A stretch of DNA of 57,406 bases, filler included, from Squatina squatina (Eukaryota), in assembly GCA_031763465.1 (NCBI GenBank). It is 4 parts of 4 records of this genome, joined end to end, with 100 filler letters (N's around TTAATTAATTAA, not from the genome) between each part and the next. Parts side by side here need not be neighbours in the genome. Positions count along the whole stretch, not along the records: positions 17,591 to 30,069 come from JARFOE010000004.1; positions 30,170 to 44,390 come from JARFOE010000056.1; 2 more parts are not named here. One strand, given 5' to 3'. Both the position numbers and the translations under genes were made by a program. The notes beneath the pieces are model-generated. The model saw only the letters and a program-made list of their open reading frames with translations, was not told the DNA's origin and ran no database searches. Positions 23,617 through 35,639 of the stretch are shown here, one piece after another; the first letter of the stretch is position 1, and each line of letters opens with the position of its first letter.

Positions 23617-25324
23617 GTATGTATTTGGTATATAACTTACTCTTCTTAGATTTTCTTTTGTTATTCTATATAGTTTGCTGTGTACATATGCTTTAAATAA
23701 AATACTTTTGCAGTTTAATTGTTTCCATGCAGTTCATGGATTCTGCGATGAGATTTCAATGATATACCTCTACAGGAAAATGCAAACCACCGATAAGTAA
23801 AAGACAAGCTCTGTAAGGTACAAGGCAAGTCTGTTGATGATACGGGGTAGTAACTTTTCCAAATGAAAATATTTGTGAACTTTACAAATTATTGGTGACA
23901 GCCTCATGTACCTCCAGCCGTGGAAGTTAAGGATGGGATTTATTACCCAACTTTGGAAATTCTATTAAAATAATATGGCAATATGATAGTTGATTTTAGT
24001 CATTTGTTTAGAAAAATGCAGGGCATTATTTATTGCATTAAAATAACTGCTTCTGTCTTTAAATAAAATGTAATATGATATTTTCTATTAAAACTCGTCC
24101 TACCTTACTTTTTAAATTCAATTTGCTTCAAAGACATTTCTACATTCAGTCTCAATAGGTTTAACCCGGACTTCAGATTAGTTTAGAAACTCCCTGTGGC
24201 TGCATTTGACGGATGTCTCAAATTTGCTTTGAACATCTGGATCCAGCAATATGATTTACAAACGCTAGTGACACTATTCTTTGACTTCATTTCATTTTCA
24301 GTTTTAGTTTTTATTTTAAAGAGGCTACTTTTCTGATTTTCATTGCAGGGGCATTTTTATGAATTTTGTAGAAAAGTGTGTCCATTTTAATACAAGGCAT
24401 TCATTGTGTCTCTTCACACTCTGCACACAGGCTGAGAGTTTAGGACTGGCAGTGTATGGGTCACTGGTTTACGTGTTCACAGGAAGTACTGAAGAACCCG
24501 CCGCCTTGATTACTCACATGGGAATAGGGGCGTTCTTTCAAAAATGAAATTATATCAAATGATACACTCATTTTAACTATTTTATTTTCATTACACATTG
24601 AGCAAGAATACATAATGGAGAAATGCATACCAAGTTTGTTTTAAAGAAATGATGTTTGTGATTTCTTGCCCGGCAGGAGTGCACATTCGGAAATCACAAA
24701 AAAATTATGTTCTGTCCTTTTAGCTGGGACTGAGCACTTGTAAACTCTCTGTTGTAGATAACAAAGGTAGTAATGATGTCTTGAGTTATGAGATCTTGCT
24801 CACTCATCGAATAAATTGGGCTTGTAAAACATGGAGCAGCATTTACTGTCGTCAACCGTGCATCCTCTCACAGCAGGTAAGCCCCACACTAAACGCACAA
24901 AGGAAGTTCCTGTACCAGAATGTACAATATTTGCTCTCAGCAGGTGAGTTTCTCCGCTAAGGTCGTGAAGTCAGGAAATTACCCCATGGTCTTTTTCTCT
25001 TCTTTTGCTTTCAGTTTTTATGCCCTACTCCTCAAGCTATAGCTTATGCTGAAGTAGAGTTCCGTGGGCGAAGGCAGCTTCAGGTATCTTGCCCAAGTGG
25101 CCGTTGTTTATACGTGACTCTGGTCAGTAAGTGTTTGTCTATTATTCATAGTATATATATATTTTTTTAAATAAACGTTCAAATTAGAGTGATAGAGCAG
25201 TATACCCCCTGGATATTTCTCAGGNNNNNNNNNNNNNNNNNNNNNNNNNNNNNNNNNNNNNNNNNNNNNNNNNNNNNNNNNNNNNNNNNNNNNNNNNNNN
25301 NNNNNNNNNNNNNNNNNNNNNNNN

Positions 25325-25566
25325 GCCTGACACTTGATTGCAGCTTCTTAGATCGGTTGTTGAATTGGCCTGCCAAAACCAGTAAAGTTCAATTAGCGCC
25401 CATCAGGGACCCGTTAGCGCTGAATTCTGCACGAGTTTTTAAGCTGCCAGAAAAGTTCTTACAAAGACCCAAATACCTGATTTAGCGGGATAGTGCAAAA
25501 CAGGCGCTAAAATCATCGTGTTTGGTCCACTTACGTTTCAAACTCAGGGCAGATCAATTGGGCGCC
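25325..25566. mobile_element. Right part of the tagcgcc-rich non-autonomous DNA element family
   Basis: ttagcgccc and ggcgctaa motifs, ending in caattgggcgcc. Confidence 0.5.
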
Positions 25567-26554
25567 TTATATCTGTTGAGCAACTCGTGGGTGGGATACG
25601 GAGCCTTCTTGTTAATTCTCAGCTATTACTAAAACTGACATGTTAAAAAGGGAGATTTAATTTAAGAATCTGATTATCTAAAAGCTAATGCCATATTTTT
25701 ATTTTCTTAATTATAGCATTACTTATTGTGTTATATTAATTAAAATTATATTAAATGCAAAATTTTACATTACTACAAAATAGAAACTTTCATGTATATC
25801 ATAGTACAGACATTGTGACTGTGTAGCAGTGACTCACGCATATCTCTTCTATTAGTAATCTTTTTTTTCTAAAAAGGATGCTTAAATTTGAACTAAAAAC
25901 AACTTGAAAAGCATAAACAAGAGTGAACTAGTAGCCATCTATAGTTGTCGTTGACAAGTTATGATTTATAAAAAAAAAATTCTTCACAATTTGGCTCTGA
26001 TTTAAGTAAACTCTTTCAGTCTTCCTAATGTTCTTTTACTGCTGCCTTCCACTTACAGTGTTGCCAGGAAAAGCAGCCAAACAGTTCATTTGCCTCCTAA
26101 ACCAGCCAGTAAGTAGATTGCACAGTTTAGACAAGGGTCAACACAACTACTGCACATTTTAAACAAATGGAACACTATTTCAGAAATTATTTACATTAAG
26201 TTATTTACTTTCAGAATGTGTAATTAATAGATTATATGCTAGATAACATCTTGCGACTTTGGCTAGGAACAAAAATATGCTAGCATTCCATTTATGGTGA
26301 TAGATTTACACTCAATCCTTAACCTTCTGAGAGCCATGGAAGCCTTTCTGCACTCATTGCTGCACTTTGTCATCGAGTATGACAAAGGTAGAATGTTTAT
26401 GTGACACTGTTCCATTCATCAAGCAGACAATATTATTGTGCAACATCTAAAGAAATATTTTCAACAGACTGAGGAAGCTGAGGAATCTGCTGTTCTAGCA
26501 TGGTAGCTATCATGGTCTGCAATACAAGCAAATATTGTAGCTCCCAGATATCAA

Positions 26555-26725
26555 GGATATTTTTCCGCAGGGATTTTCCTGCTTATCCATTGTAACTTCA
26601 ACAGAGGAGTCAAGGAAAATGCATAAAATGGCTTAAACACTGTTCGCGCGGCTTTCTGGGGTTTCCGCAGTTCTTCTACTGAAGTTGCATCGGACAACCG
26701 GGAGAACCCCAGCGGAAATTCATCC
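26555..26725. mobile_element. Foldback (MITE-like) element with ~50-bp degenerate inverted arms
   Basis: Left arm tttccgcagggattttcctgcttatccattgtaacttcaacagagg versus the reverse complement of the right arm tttccgctggggttctcccggttgtccgatgcaacttcagtagaag. Confidence 0.7.
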
Positions 26726-27159
26726 CCATTGTCAGTAAAATCTCCTTATTATGAATAGTGATATCAATATCCAACATGGCCAGAGTGCAAGTCTGACATA
26801 CACTTCTCAGTGGTGTAATTGGAAGGTTACACATGCTCCTCTAATAACTCACTGGGTAAGTTCACTTCCCATTGTACTGATAAACCAGTGAAACCAGGAA
26901 AAGACCCTGCTTTAATCCCTGTCCTATTTTGAGTTACCTGATCTTACCTGTCATGGTAGTGACAATGCTGCAATTGACCTGGACACTGCCCAAGCTACTT
27001 AGGAAACAGAGGCCCACTTGTCCTCAACAAGTTTTTTATCCTATCCTTCCACTCCTACCCTCTCTTCCTAACTCTTTCTCTCAAAAAGGCTTTGTTTTCT
27101 TTCAGATATCAACTTTTTTGTAAATGAAAAAAATTAAAACGAGGAAAATGAAATTGCCT

Positions 27160-27317
27160 GTATGCACTTCTTTCTTCTCTTCTGAGTTCTGACGAAGGGT
27201 CATCGACCCGAACCGTTAACTCTGTTTCTCTCTCCACAGATGCTGTCTGATCTGCTGAGTATTTCCAGCATTTTCTGTTTTTATTTCAGATTTCCAGCAC
27301 TCGCAGTATTTTGCTTC
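27160..27317 (+). mobile_element. Penelope-type terminal repeat carrying a hammerhead core
   Basis: ctgacgaagggtcatcgacccgaaccgttaactctg...cacagatgctg...ctgctgagtatttccagcattttctg. Three copies in the window. Confidence 0.7.
27184..27222 (+). ncRNA. Minimal type I hammerhead ribozyme motif, probably inactivated (GAAA to GAAC)
   Basis: Stem I gagtt/aactc, core CUGACGA, stem II gggtc/gaccc with atc loop, then GAAC-CG-UU. Confidence 0.55.
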
Positions 27318-27489
27318 AGCAGTAGGATGGGGCAGTTCAGGTTGCTACTCATAAGAAGGCAGCGACGTATGCCTCAGTGGGCCCTTCGGAGGATGTCAAG
27401 AGAGGCACAGAGGGAAGATACAGGCTTATTTAAGAGGCAGTCAAGCGTGGGATGGTGGCAAGAGAGTAGGAAGGTTGAGGAATGCTAAA

Positions 27490-27945
27490 GAATATAAGAA
27501 TTAGGAGCAGTAGGCCATTCGGCCCCTCGAGCCTGCTCCACCATTCAATAAGATCATGGCTGATCTTCTACCTCAACTCCACTTTCCCGCCCGATCCCCA
27601 TATCCCTTGATATTCAAAAATCTATCGATCTCTGTCTTGAATATACTCAATGACTGAACCTTCACAGCCCTCTGGGGTAGAGAATTCCAAAGATTCACCA
27701 CCCTCTGAGTGATGGAATTTCTCCTCATCTCTAAATGACCGACCCCTTATTCTGAGACTGTGTCCCCTGGTTCTAGATTCCCCCTCCCCAGCCAGGGGAA
27801 ACATCCTTCCTGCATCTACCCTGTCGAGCCCTGTACGAATTTTGTATGTTTCAATGAGATCCTGTCATTCTTCTAAACTCTAGAGAATACTGGCCTAGTC
27901 TACTCAATCATTCATCATATGACAATTCCGTCTTCCCAGCAATCA
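27490..27945 (-). mobile_element. CR1 LINE 3' end
   Basis: FPLAGEGESRTRGHSLRIRGRSFR C-terminal peptide, 3'UTR stem-loop (gggccgaatggcctact) and a cttat-type tail. Confidence 0.9.
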
Positions 27946-28115
27946 GTTTGAACCCCAAAAAATTCAAAACCTGAAGGAGTGGGACTCCCCACTTGTAAGG
28001 GTGAAAGTAAATTTGTCAGGTGCCTTACACCTTTCAGGATATCAAATTCAACCATCACTTTGTAATTGTACCCATCTTTTATTTTTTAAATAACCATCTC
28101 ACCTTGAAAAAATTA

Positions 28116-28690
28116 TGGGCCAGAATTTGCTGTAGCAGGGCATCTAACGGCAACTGCCATTAGTTAGACTTGCCCCTGCACCCTTCAGCTCCATAAGATT
28201 TTGCCCACAAAGTTGCTGAAAATGCATGTTGATAACGGCACAGCGAGGAAAACAGGGCATCTGGGACCTGAGTGAACAAGGCGTCCAACAGGGTATCTCC
28301 TTAACCCCGAAAAGTTCAGAAACTCAAGGAGTGAGACTCCACACTTGTAACAGTTACATTTTGGTGCCAGAGAGGTTGATTGGCAGTCATTAACCCTTAT
28401 TACATCGTTGAAAGGATACTTATTCTTGTAATTACCAGCCTTAAATATTTCTGGCAAGTTTAGTTCGCATCTACCGTGCATGACATTCAATGCATTTCAA
28501 TGATGAGGCAGACAATGAAAGGGCATTTTTGTGAAGCTAACGGCGGAGCGGCGCAACTCGGACAACAACTTTTGGATATTGGGATTGAACCGTGCATTTG
28601 CCCTTGGCCTGAAGTTGCTGTACCATTTACATATAAATAATGGAGAGTGCCATTAGCCTCACCATTACTTTGACAGTGAAATCTGGCCCA
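28116..28690. mobile_element. Complete ~575-bp non-autonomous DNA transposon (MITE, Harbinger-like GGG-initiated TIRs)
   Basis: tgggccagaatttgctgt at the left. acagtgaaatctggccca at the right has reverse complement tgggccagatttcactgt. Confidence 0.75.
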
Positions 28691-28954
28691 AAATTGCGTT
28701 TAGCTTCCTTTAGTTGCACTTTCTCTTGTGTGCTGATCAGCTATTTATTCAAACCTCAGTCCAGTCTTTCAATAACCTGTATGTGTGGACTAAAGTAAAA
28801 TAAGTCTTATTTTTCATTAGTGCATGGCTCTATTTGGGGCAAAATAATTACTCTTGTAGATGGTGTTACTTTTAAGCAGACTGAATAAAAACACAGGCTG
28901 TGTTCTGCCTTTTGTAAATTTGCTGCTTCCTTGTTGCTTCAGTTTATCAGACTG

Positions 28955-29649
28955 CGTAGCGCCCCGTTTGGGGCAATAACATTCTACTGGACGCAGACTT
29001 CCGGTTTAGTGGTCCAGGAGGGAAGCGGAACGCTACCACTTCCCTTGGAGCGTTAAACCAGGCAAGAGGGGCGGTAGCGGTGCAGCATTGCACAATGTCC
29101 AGTGCAGCGCAACCAGAATCACAGGCCCCTTTCCTCCCTTAAAGGGAAGGGCCATTGCTGCAGGCTCTGCATTAAATCGAATCCCCTGTTCGCCGACGGC
29201 ACCTGCAATCTGCCGCGATCAGCCCCAAGCACTCTAATGGAGTGTAGGGCTGAACAATCGCAGCAGAAGAAAATGCTGCAAAAAATAACCTGAAGGCTCA
29301 AAAAAAATATTTCACTTACCTCACCAGCAATCCCTTTAAATACGGCTCCCCAAGCAGCCGGCCTACCTTACAATGCCCTCTGCAGCTGCAGCTGTTGAAG
29401 CCCGGCAATGCTGCAGGAGACAGAATTGAAGTTTGCATCCTGGGCCGTACCGGGGCGCTATGCAATGACGTCATAATCTCCGGGGCACAGGAGATCGTGG
29501 CGTTAGGGGTTACCACTGCCACTAATCTGCAAGGCACGTTTGTGGGCATCGGTACTCTCACCGCGTTCAGGCGCAGAACCGCTAGCACACGGTTATCACC
29601 CCCTGGAGGCACTAATGGGAGGCACAAAGGAGCCTAGTTTCCCCCCCCC
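28955..29649. mobile_element. GC-rich non-autonomous DNA element (ccttaaaggg core)
   Basis: CpG-rich island in AT-rich DNA. Shares motifs with 19664-20240, 36820-37370 and 51115-51600. Confidence 0.5.
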
Positions 29650-30113
29650 ATGGATTGATAACTAACTTGGGAAACAAAACAGTTAGAAGCTGACAGCAAA
29701 ATGAAGCAGACAAGCTTCAAGTGAAGATTCGCTGCAAAATGTAAGACAGGGATGGATCACTGAAACGCACTTTGAGATTGCCAAGGGAATCTCAAGAATA
29801 ATTAGAAACTAGCAAAGGTGACACGAAGATATGAAAGTGCAAGTGGTAACATGCCTCTGATGGTTCAGTGGGTAATTCTTTTTTTAAGTAAGCTAGGCAC
29901 TTGGAGTGCGGGAAATCCATTACCATGTGAAAGAGCTTCCAAACTACATTCGAGGAATCCACAGGTGAAGTATATACATCAAGGGCGGCCAATTCATGTT
30001 TTGGGCATTTCTAGCACTGAGCGTCGAATTTAGTGCTGGAAGTGGGACTCTTAGAAAATTTTCAGTGAANNNNNNNNNNNNNNNNNNNNNNNNNNNNNNN
30101 NNNNNNNNNNNNN

Positions 30114-30125
30114 TTAATTAATTAA
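30114..30125. other. Artificial scaffold-joining linker
   Basis: N44-TTAATTAATTAA-N44. Confidence 0.95.
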
Positions 30126-31845
30126 NNNNNNNNNNNNNNNNNNNNNNNNNNNNNNNNNNNNNNNNNNNNATCAGACCCGCCCCGGGATCTGACCCCCCCC
30201 CGGGATTGGGGATCGGACCTACCTGGTTCTGAGGCCTCCTCCGGAGTGCTCATGATCCAAGTCGAAGCCAATCCTGTCAATAAGGCAGACTTCTGGGCGG
30301 GGAACCGGTCACTGACAGAAGACGCACGCTGTGGAATTAAATCTCCACAGTGTGCAGGGAGTCCCAGATTTCCAGGTTTCCTCATGTACTACCGGACCAT
30401 CCCCTTCCCCCTAGCACCCAGCTAGTAAAAATTGCTCTGTGTGTCTCCTAGTGATCCCCTGGCAGAGGCCTTTGAGCTCTTTTCTGTCCATGTTCTCAGC
30501 TGGAGGATGGTAGAAGATGACCGAATGAGGGAGTGCAAATGATTTACAAAACAGGATGGGAATTGAATGGGGGAGAAACATTGACAATGCATTTTTTTTT
30601 AACTGAATGGCGCTTATATTCTTCCTTCCTCCTCCACACCCTGCACTAAATAGATTGCTGTGGTATTCAGCATGGTGGTTCCCACTGAGAGTTCTGGACA
30701 GAGAACAAGTTGAATCCTAATCTATTTCATCTTTTGGGTTGGTCCATTAGCTCCCACTCAAACATTTCATCACTCTTTTACACAAAGAAGAAATATACAA
30801 TGAGATATTTATAAAAGCAGAAAAAAAATCATGAAAACCACTATTGTCGAATATTTATAGTTAATGGCAAGAAACTCCAATAGCTCGTGCATTTTTCAAC
30901 TATCCTACAGGGACATCGAATAGAGAGATTAAAACTGATAAAACTAATGCTAACAATACTCAAAATCATAAGGAATATAGATGCATAGATGAAAAAGGAG
31001 ATTAAGAGGGAGAAAAGGGAATACGAAGGAAAGGTGAACAGATAATATAACTGATTTTCCTGACATTTGCCCCCAGGAAATGCCCATTTTCTCCGGGTAC
31101 AAATGTTCATGAAATGAGGCCGTGAACAAGCTCTGTCTCCTTCCTTTTTATGTTGTCAGCATTTACGGGGCTTTGTTTTAAGAGGGGACAGATTTGGGCC
31201 TGTGCCTACAGTTGGCATTGACGTATCAGAGCCACAAAACTGAAGTGGGAGGAGGCATTTCAGACATCCCACCTCACTTTCCAGTGTGAAAGCTTATGGG
31301 TGCCCCAGTATAAGTGCCCCAAAACACGGCGCTGCAGCCTGCCTCTGAAACTCTGGTCACCAGAGGGTCTACAGGGGATCCAGGTACAGGCCAAAGATTT
31401 TAAGTAGGACTTTTTATGAAGTTTCAACTGAAGGGCAATGTTGCAGTATTTAACATATATGTTGTACAAGTCAACATGTATATATGTTTAATGAACACTG
31501 CATTGTCACTCATGTCGCCAATGTACCTATTGAGTGCTACAAGAATTCCACATAAGTAATGTTTATTTTATTATTACATCAAACTTCAGTTAGTTGGTCC
31601 CTGCTTCTGATTGCTATCTGGACTGCTGCCACTGGAAAGTGCACGAACAGCTGGGTAACTCAATCCCTGTGATTCTCTGCTCGCCCTTCCCCTGCCCTGC
31701 CCTCCCCCATGTTGAGAATTATTTGGGCTCTACTTGGGAACTCACNNNNNNNNNNNNNNNNNNNNNNNNNNNNNNNNNNNNNNNNNNNNNNNNNNNNNNN
31801 NNNNNNNNNNNNNNNNNNNNNNNNNNNNNNNNNNNNNNNNNNNNN

Positions 31846-32445
31846 TTCCAGAGATGTGCATCCTTCCTGACTCTGGCATTGAAATCGCCAAGGAGGATCA
31901 GTTTTCTCCCTTTAGGACAGGGATTGCTCAAGGGTGGAGTAGAATTCCTCTTTGGTCTCATCTGTTCCTTCTAGGGTTGGGGTGTACACATTGATGACCG
32001 TGATGTGCTGGTTCTGGGTTAGGGTGAGTCGAAGGGTCATGAGGCGCTTGTTTATCCTGCAAAGGGACTCGCTGAGGGGCTGACTAGTTCATTTTTTATA
32101 GCGAAGCCGACCCCATGGAGACAGCGTTCTTCCTCTGGTTTACCTTTCCAGAAGAAGGGGTATCCGTCACCTTGCTCCTTGAGCTGTCCTTCTCCTGCCC
32201 ACCGTGTCTCACTCAGGACGACGCTGTCAATGTCATAACGCCTGAGTTCCCGGGCTATGATAACGATGCGCCGCTCGGGTCTGTCGCTGTTGGGGTTGTC
32301 CATGAGGGTCCTAATATTCCAGATCCTAAACTTCATTTTGGAAGATGCCTGTGCATGAATTCTTTTAACGTGGGGTGGCTGTTGCACACTGGCTACTACA
32401 TGGTTTTGGCCTAGCAAGGTCTTGATCCAATGGCAAGGAGGGCCC
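31846..32445 (-). mobile_element. RTE-clade LINE 5' end: 5'UTR plus APE endonuclease, frameshifted
   Basis: MKFRIWNIRTLMD...ARELRRYDIDSVVLSETRWAGEGQLKE.G.GYPFFWKG...HGVGFAIK followed by LILLGDFNARV. Upstream cagccaccccacgttaaaa resembles the RTE 5'UTR motif. Confidence 0.9.
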
Positions 32446-32712
32446 AAGAAAAAATGGACTAACACATACACACACACATACTCTCCCTATCCCCATCCAC
32501 CGCTACTCCAACCTTTGGCTCCACAGGTTGCTGGATCCCCGATCTCCCAGATCCCCAGTCTCCCAGCCTCTGGCTCCCTGGGCCCCCAGTCTCCAGCTCC
32601 CCGGGCTGCTGGNNNNNNNNNNNNNNNNNNNNNNNNNNNNNNNNNNNNNNNNNNNNNNNNNNNNNNNNNNNNNNNNNNNNNNNNNNNNNNNNNNNNNNNN
32701 NNNNNNNNNNNN

Positions 32713-32901
32713 TGGAGGCTCAGTCATTGAGTACATTCAAGACAGAGATTGATAGATTTCTAGATATTAAAGGCATCAAGGGATATGGGATAGTGCAGGA
32801 AAATGGCGTTGAGGTCGAAGATCAACCGTGATCTCGATGAATGGCAGAGCAGGCTCAAGGGGCCGAATGGCCGACTGCTGCTCCTAGTTCTTATGTTCTT
32901 A
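32713..32901 (+). mobile_element. CR1 LINE 3' end
   Basis: gattgatagatttctag...gggccgaatggccgactgctgctcctagttcttatgttctt, same family as 27490-27945. Confidence 0.85.
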
Positions 32902-33744
32902 AAGCCTTGGCAGTAATGCTTGTGATGCTGAAAGTTTGTCTCTCGGAGAATGGTCGCATTCTGAGATATGATTCTCAGTTTTGCGGAGTGATGTTTTGCG
33001 CAGAGCCGGCCATGGCTGTTGTAGTCAATCTGTCCAGACCTTCCAACATTCTCCTCACCGTGAATCAGGAACTAATAGTCCTGGTGGGTCCCCTTTAAAC
33101 AGCAATGCACCCAGCTCTTTTTTTTAGAAAAAGCACCCACAACAGATTGAAACATTCACCACAATGCATTTCATATTTTAAAATATTCTAAAATCTGGCC
33201 TGAAGATCAAACTTTAGAGGCACATATTAGGACACTTTGCTGAAAAATCTGAAGTTTGCAGATGTCAGGAGCAAGGTGTTACTGTATTATCGATAATCAG
33301 ACACATGCAATTTAAACATACATTCACTTTTCAGTGAAAACCTTGCAGAAAGTGTTGATAAGTTAGGACATGAATTCCCCTTCAGATTTCCTCAGGCAAA
33401 AGCAAATTCACCATTTTAAAATGTAGGAGCCGCCTGTTTTAGTTATTCCTGGTATATCACATTGGCTATAACTAATGCCATTTATGGTTCTATGATCACG
33501 TTGTGTAGAATTAGCACAGTAAAGAAAAATATATTGTGATCATTAAATTATTTCTTATACTAAATCCGGAACATTCTAAACTGATGATTAGAGACTAACT
33601 GTTTACAGTATGCTATAACATATGTTTATGGCTCCCAGATGGAACATTATATGTAGAAAGTACTGCAGTTCCAATCTGCTTATATTCACAAAGTCCGGTA
33701 CTATAGGTCAGCTCTCAGAACGGGATGAGCTTTTTGTAAAACAT

Positions 33745-33750
33745 TTTATT
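33745..33750 (-). terminator. Candidate polyadenylation signal (AATAAA) for CD34
   Basis: tttatt on +, ~1.7 kb downstream of the CD34 stop across a sized gap. Confidence 0.3.
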
Positions 33751-35450
33751 CAAAAGGAAATTGAACAGGTCTCTCTAAATCCACCCTCGCGTGGGCGGCC
33801 GCGGAACGTTTATGTCGCAGGTTCCTGAAGAACTGCCCTCCCGCCGTCAGCGGCGACCCTAATGTAAACCTGTTGGGAGTCACTGATCCCATCATCGAGG
33901 GATACCCAGCCAACACTAATGTAGAAAAAAAAAACTTGAGAAATGTAATGCGATAACTGGGGTGAAACCTTCCTATGTTGCTGAAGCTGTCAGCACTTTG
34001 AATCGATGGAGATAATTCCCTCTGTTCGCTGTTGTAAACACTGACATTGTAAACACAGCGGGAGGAATTCCTACGATTGCCACTGCTACAAGATTGCAGA
34101 CACATTCAAAAAGAATGTTTGCAGTGAAATTGGTGAAACGGAATGTAAGATTGTTGCCGACGAAGTTATTTGNNNNNNNNNNNNNNNNNNNNNNNNNNNN
34201 NNNNNNNNNNNNNNNNNNNNNNNNNNNNNNNNNNNNNNNNNNNNNNNNNNNNNNNNNNNNNNNNNNNNNNNNNNNNNNNNNNNNNNNNNNNNNNNNNNNN
34301 NNNNNNNNNNNNNNNNNNNNNNNNNNNNNNNNNNNNNNNNNNNNNNNNNNNNNNNNNNNNNNNNNNNNNNNNNNNNNNNNNNNNNNNNNNNNNNNNNNNN
34401 NNNNNNNNNNNNNNNNNNNNNNNNNNNNNNNNNNNNNNNNNNNNNNNNNNNNNNNNNNNNNNNNNNNNNNNNNNNNNNNNNNNNNNNNNNNNNNNNNNNN
34501 NNNNNNNNNNNNNNNNNNNNNNNNNNNNNNNNNNNNNNNNNNNNNNNNNNNNNNNNNNNNNNNNNNNNNNNNNNNNNNNNNNNNNNNNNNNNNNNNNNNN
34601 NNNNNNNNNNNNNNNNNNNNNNNNNNNNNNNNNNNNNNNNNNNNNNNNNNNNNNNNNNNNNNNNNNNNNNNNNNNNNNNNNNNNNNNNNNNNNNNNNNNN
34701 NNNNNNNNNNNNNNNNNNNNNNNNNNNNNNNNNNNNNNNNNNNNNNNNNNNNNNNNNNNNNNNNNNNNNNNNNNNNNNNNNNNNNNNNNNNNNNNNNNNN
34801 NNNNNNNNNNNNNNNNNNNNNNNNNNNNNNNNNNNNNNNNNNNNNNNNNNNNNNNNNNNNNNNNNNNNNNNNNNNNNNNNNNNNNNNNNNNNNNNNNNNN
34901 NNNNNNNNNNNNNNNNNNNNNNNNNNNNNNNNNNNNNNNNNNNNNNNNNNNNNNNNNNNNNNNNNNNNNNNNNNNNNNNNNNNNNNNNNNNNNNNNNNNN
35001 NNNNNNNNNNNNNNNNNNNNNNNNNNNNNNNNNNNNNNNNNNNNNNNNNNNNNNNNNNNNNNNNNNNNNNNNNNNNNNNNNNNNNNNNNNNNNNNNNNNN
35101 NNNNNNNNNNNNNNNNNNNNNNNNNNNNNNNNNNNNNNNNNNNNNNNNNNNNNNNNNNNNNNNNNNNNNNCATTTCATACTCAATCATCTTGTCGACAAA
35201 TTTTTTTGCTCAAATTGATCTAATCTTAGAAGGTTCACCACCTTGTCACAGAAAAGGAAACTTCCGTGCCACGTTTATCAAGCTGAATTGTGAGCCGGCC
35301 ACAGAGTTTGTTTTGCGAGCAACTGTTTTAATTTCATTTTAAAAATCAAATGGTTTATGTTCAGTTCTGTAAGCCAAACGTATAGTACCTGTCATAGAGT
35401 CATAAATTATAGAATCGGACAGTGAGATCTTGATTTCTTTCTGCTGTGGG

Positions 35451-35639
35451 TTACAGTTCTGTGTCCGCTTCCTCTACTGTCTTCCTCTGGTGGCCGTTTC
35501 CTGCTGCCGCAGCTCGCTGGTTCTCGCCGTTCTCCTGGGCTTCCCCGTTCAGTTTTGGCTTCTCATGTGCATCTGATTGGTCCTCTGAAGCGACAGAAAA
35601 TATTGTGCTATCATGATCCTGTGCATCGGGCTCCTCATC
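35451..35639 (-). CDS. CD34: CD34 terminal exon, cytoplasmic tail (DEEPDAQDHD...KPKLNGEAQENGENQRAAAAGNGHQRKTVEEADTEL*)
   Basis: ctttctcttttaag| acceptor, phase 0, 63 codons. AQENG, NGH and C-terminal ADTEL match CD34, whereas podocalyxin and endoglycan end in DTHL. Absent from the ORF track. Confidence 0.85.
   Translation of the reverse strand, partial: DEEPDAQDHDSTIFSVASEDQSDAHEKPKLNGEAQENGENQRAAAAGNGHQRKTVEEADTEL

Noticed and set aside
24349-24547. Possible exon downstream of the 23478 candidate
   Set aside because: Joining in phase 1 hits a stop after four codons, and there is no homology support.
29316-29637. ORFs in GC-rich segments (also 19638-20240 and 36880-37370)
   Set aside because: They lie in dispersed GC-rich repeats, are open on both strands and show no domain signature.
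30170-34172. miR-29b/c cluster expected near CD34
   Set aside because: I could not find TAGCACCATTTGAAATC on either strand in the visible sequence.
33973-35342. ORFs of 340-403 aa
   Set aside because: They are almost entirely N. The same applies to other X-rich ORFs.
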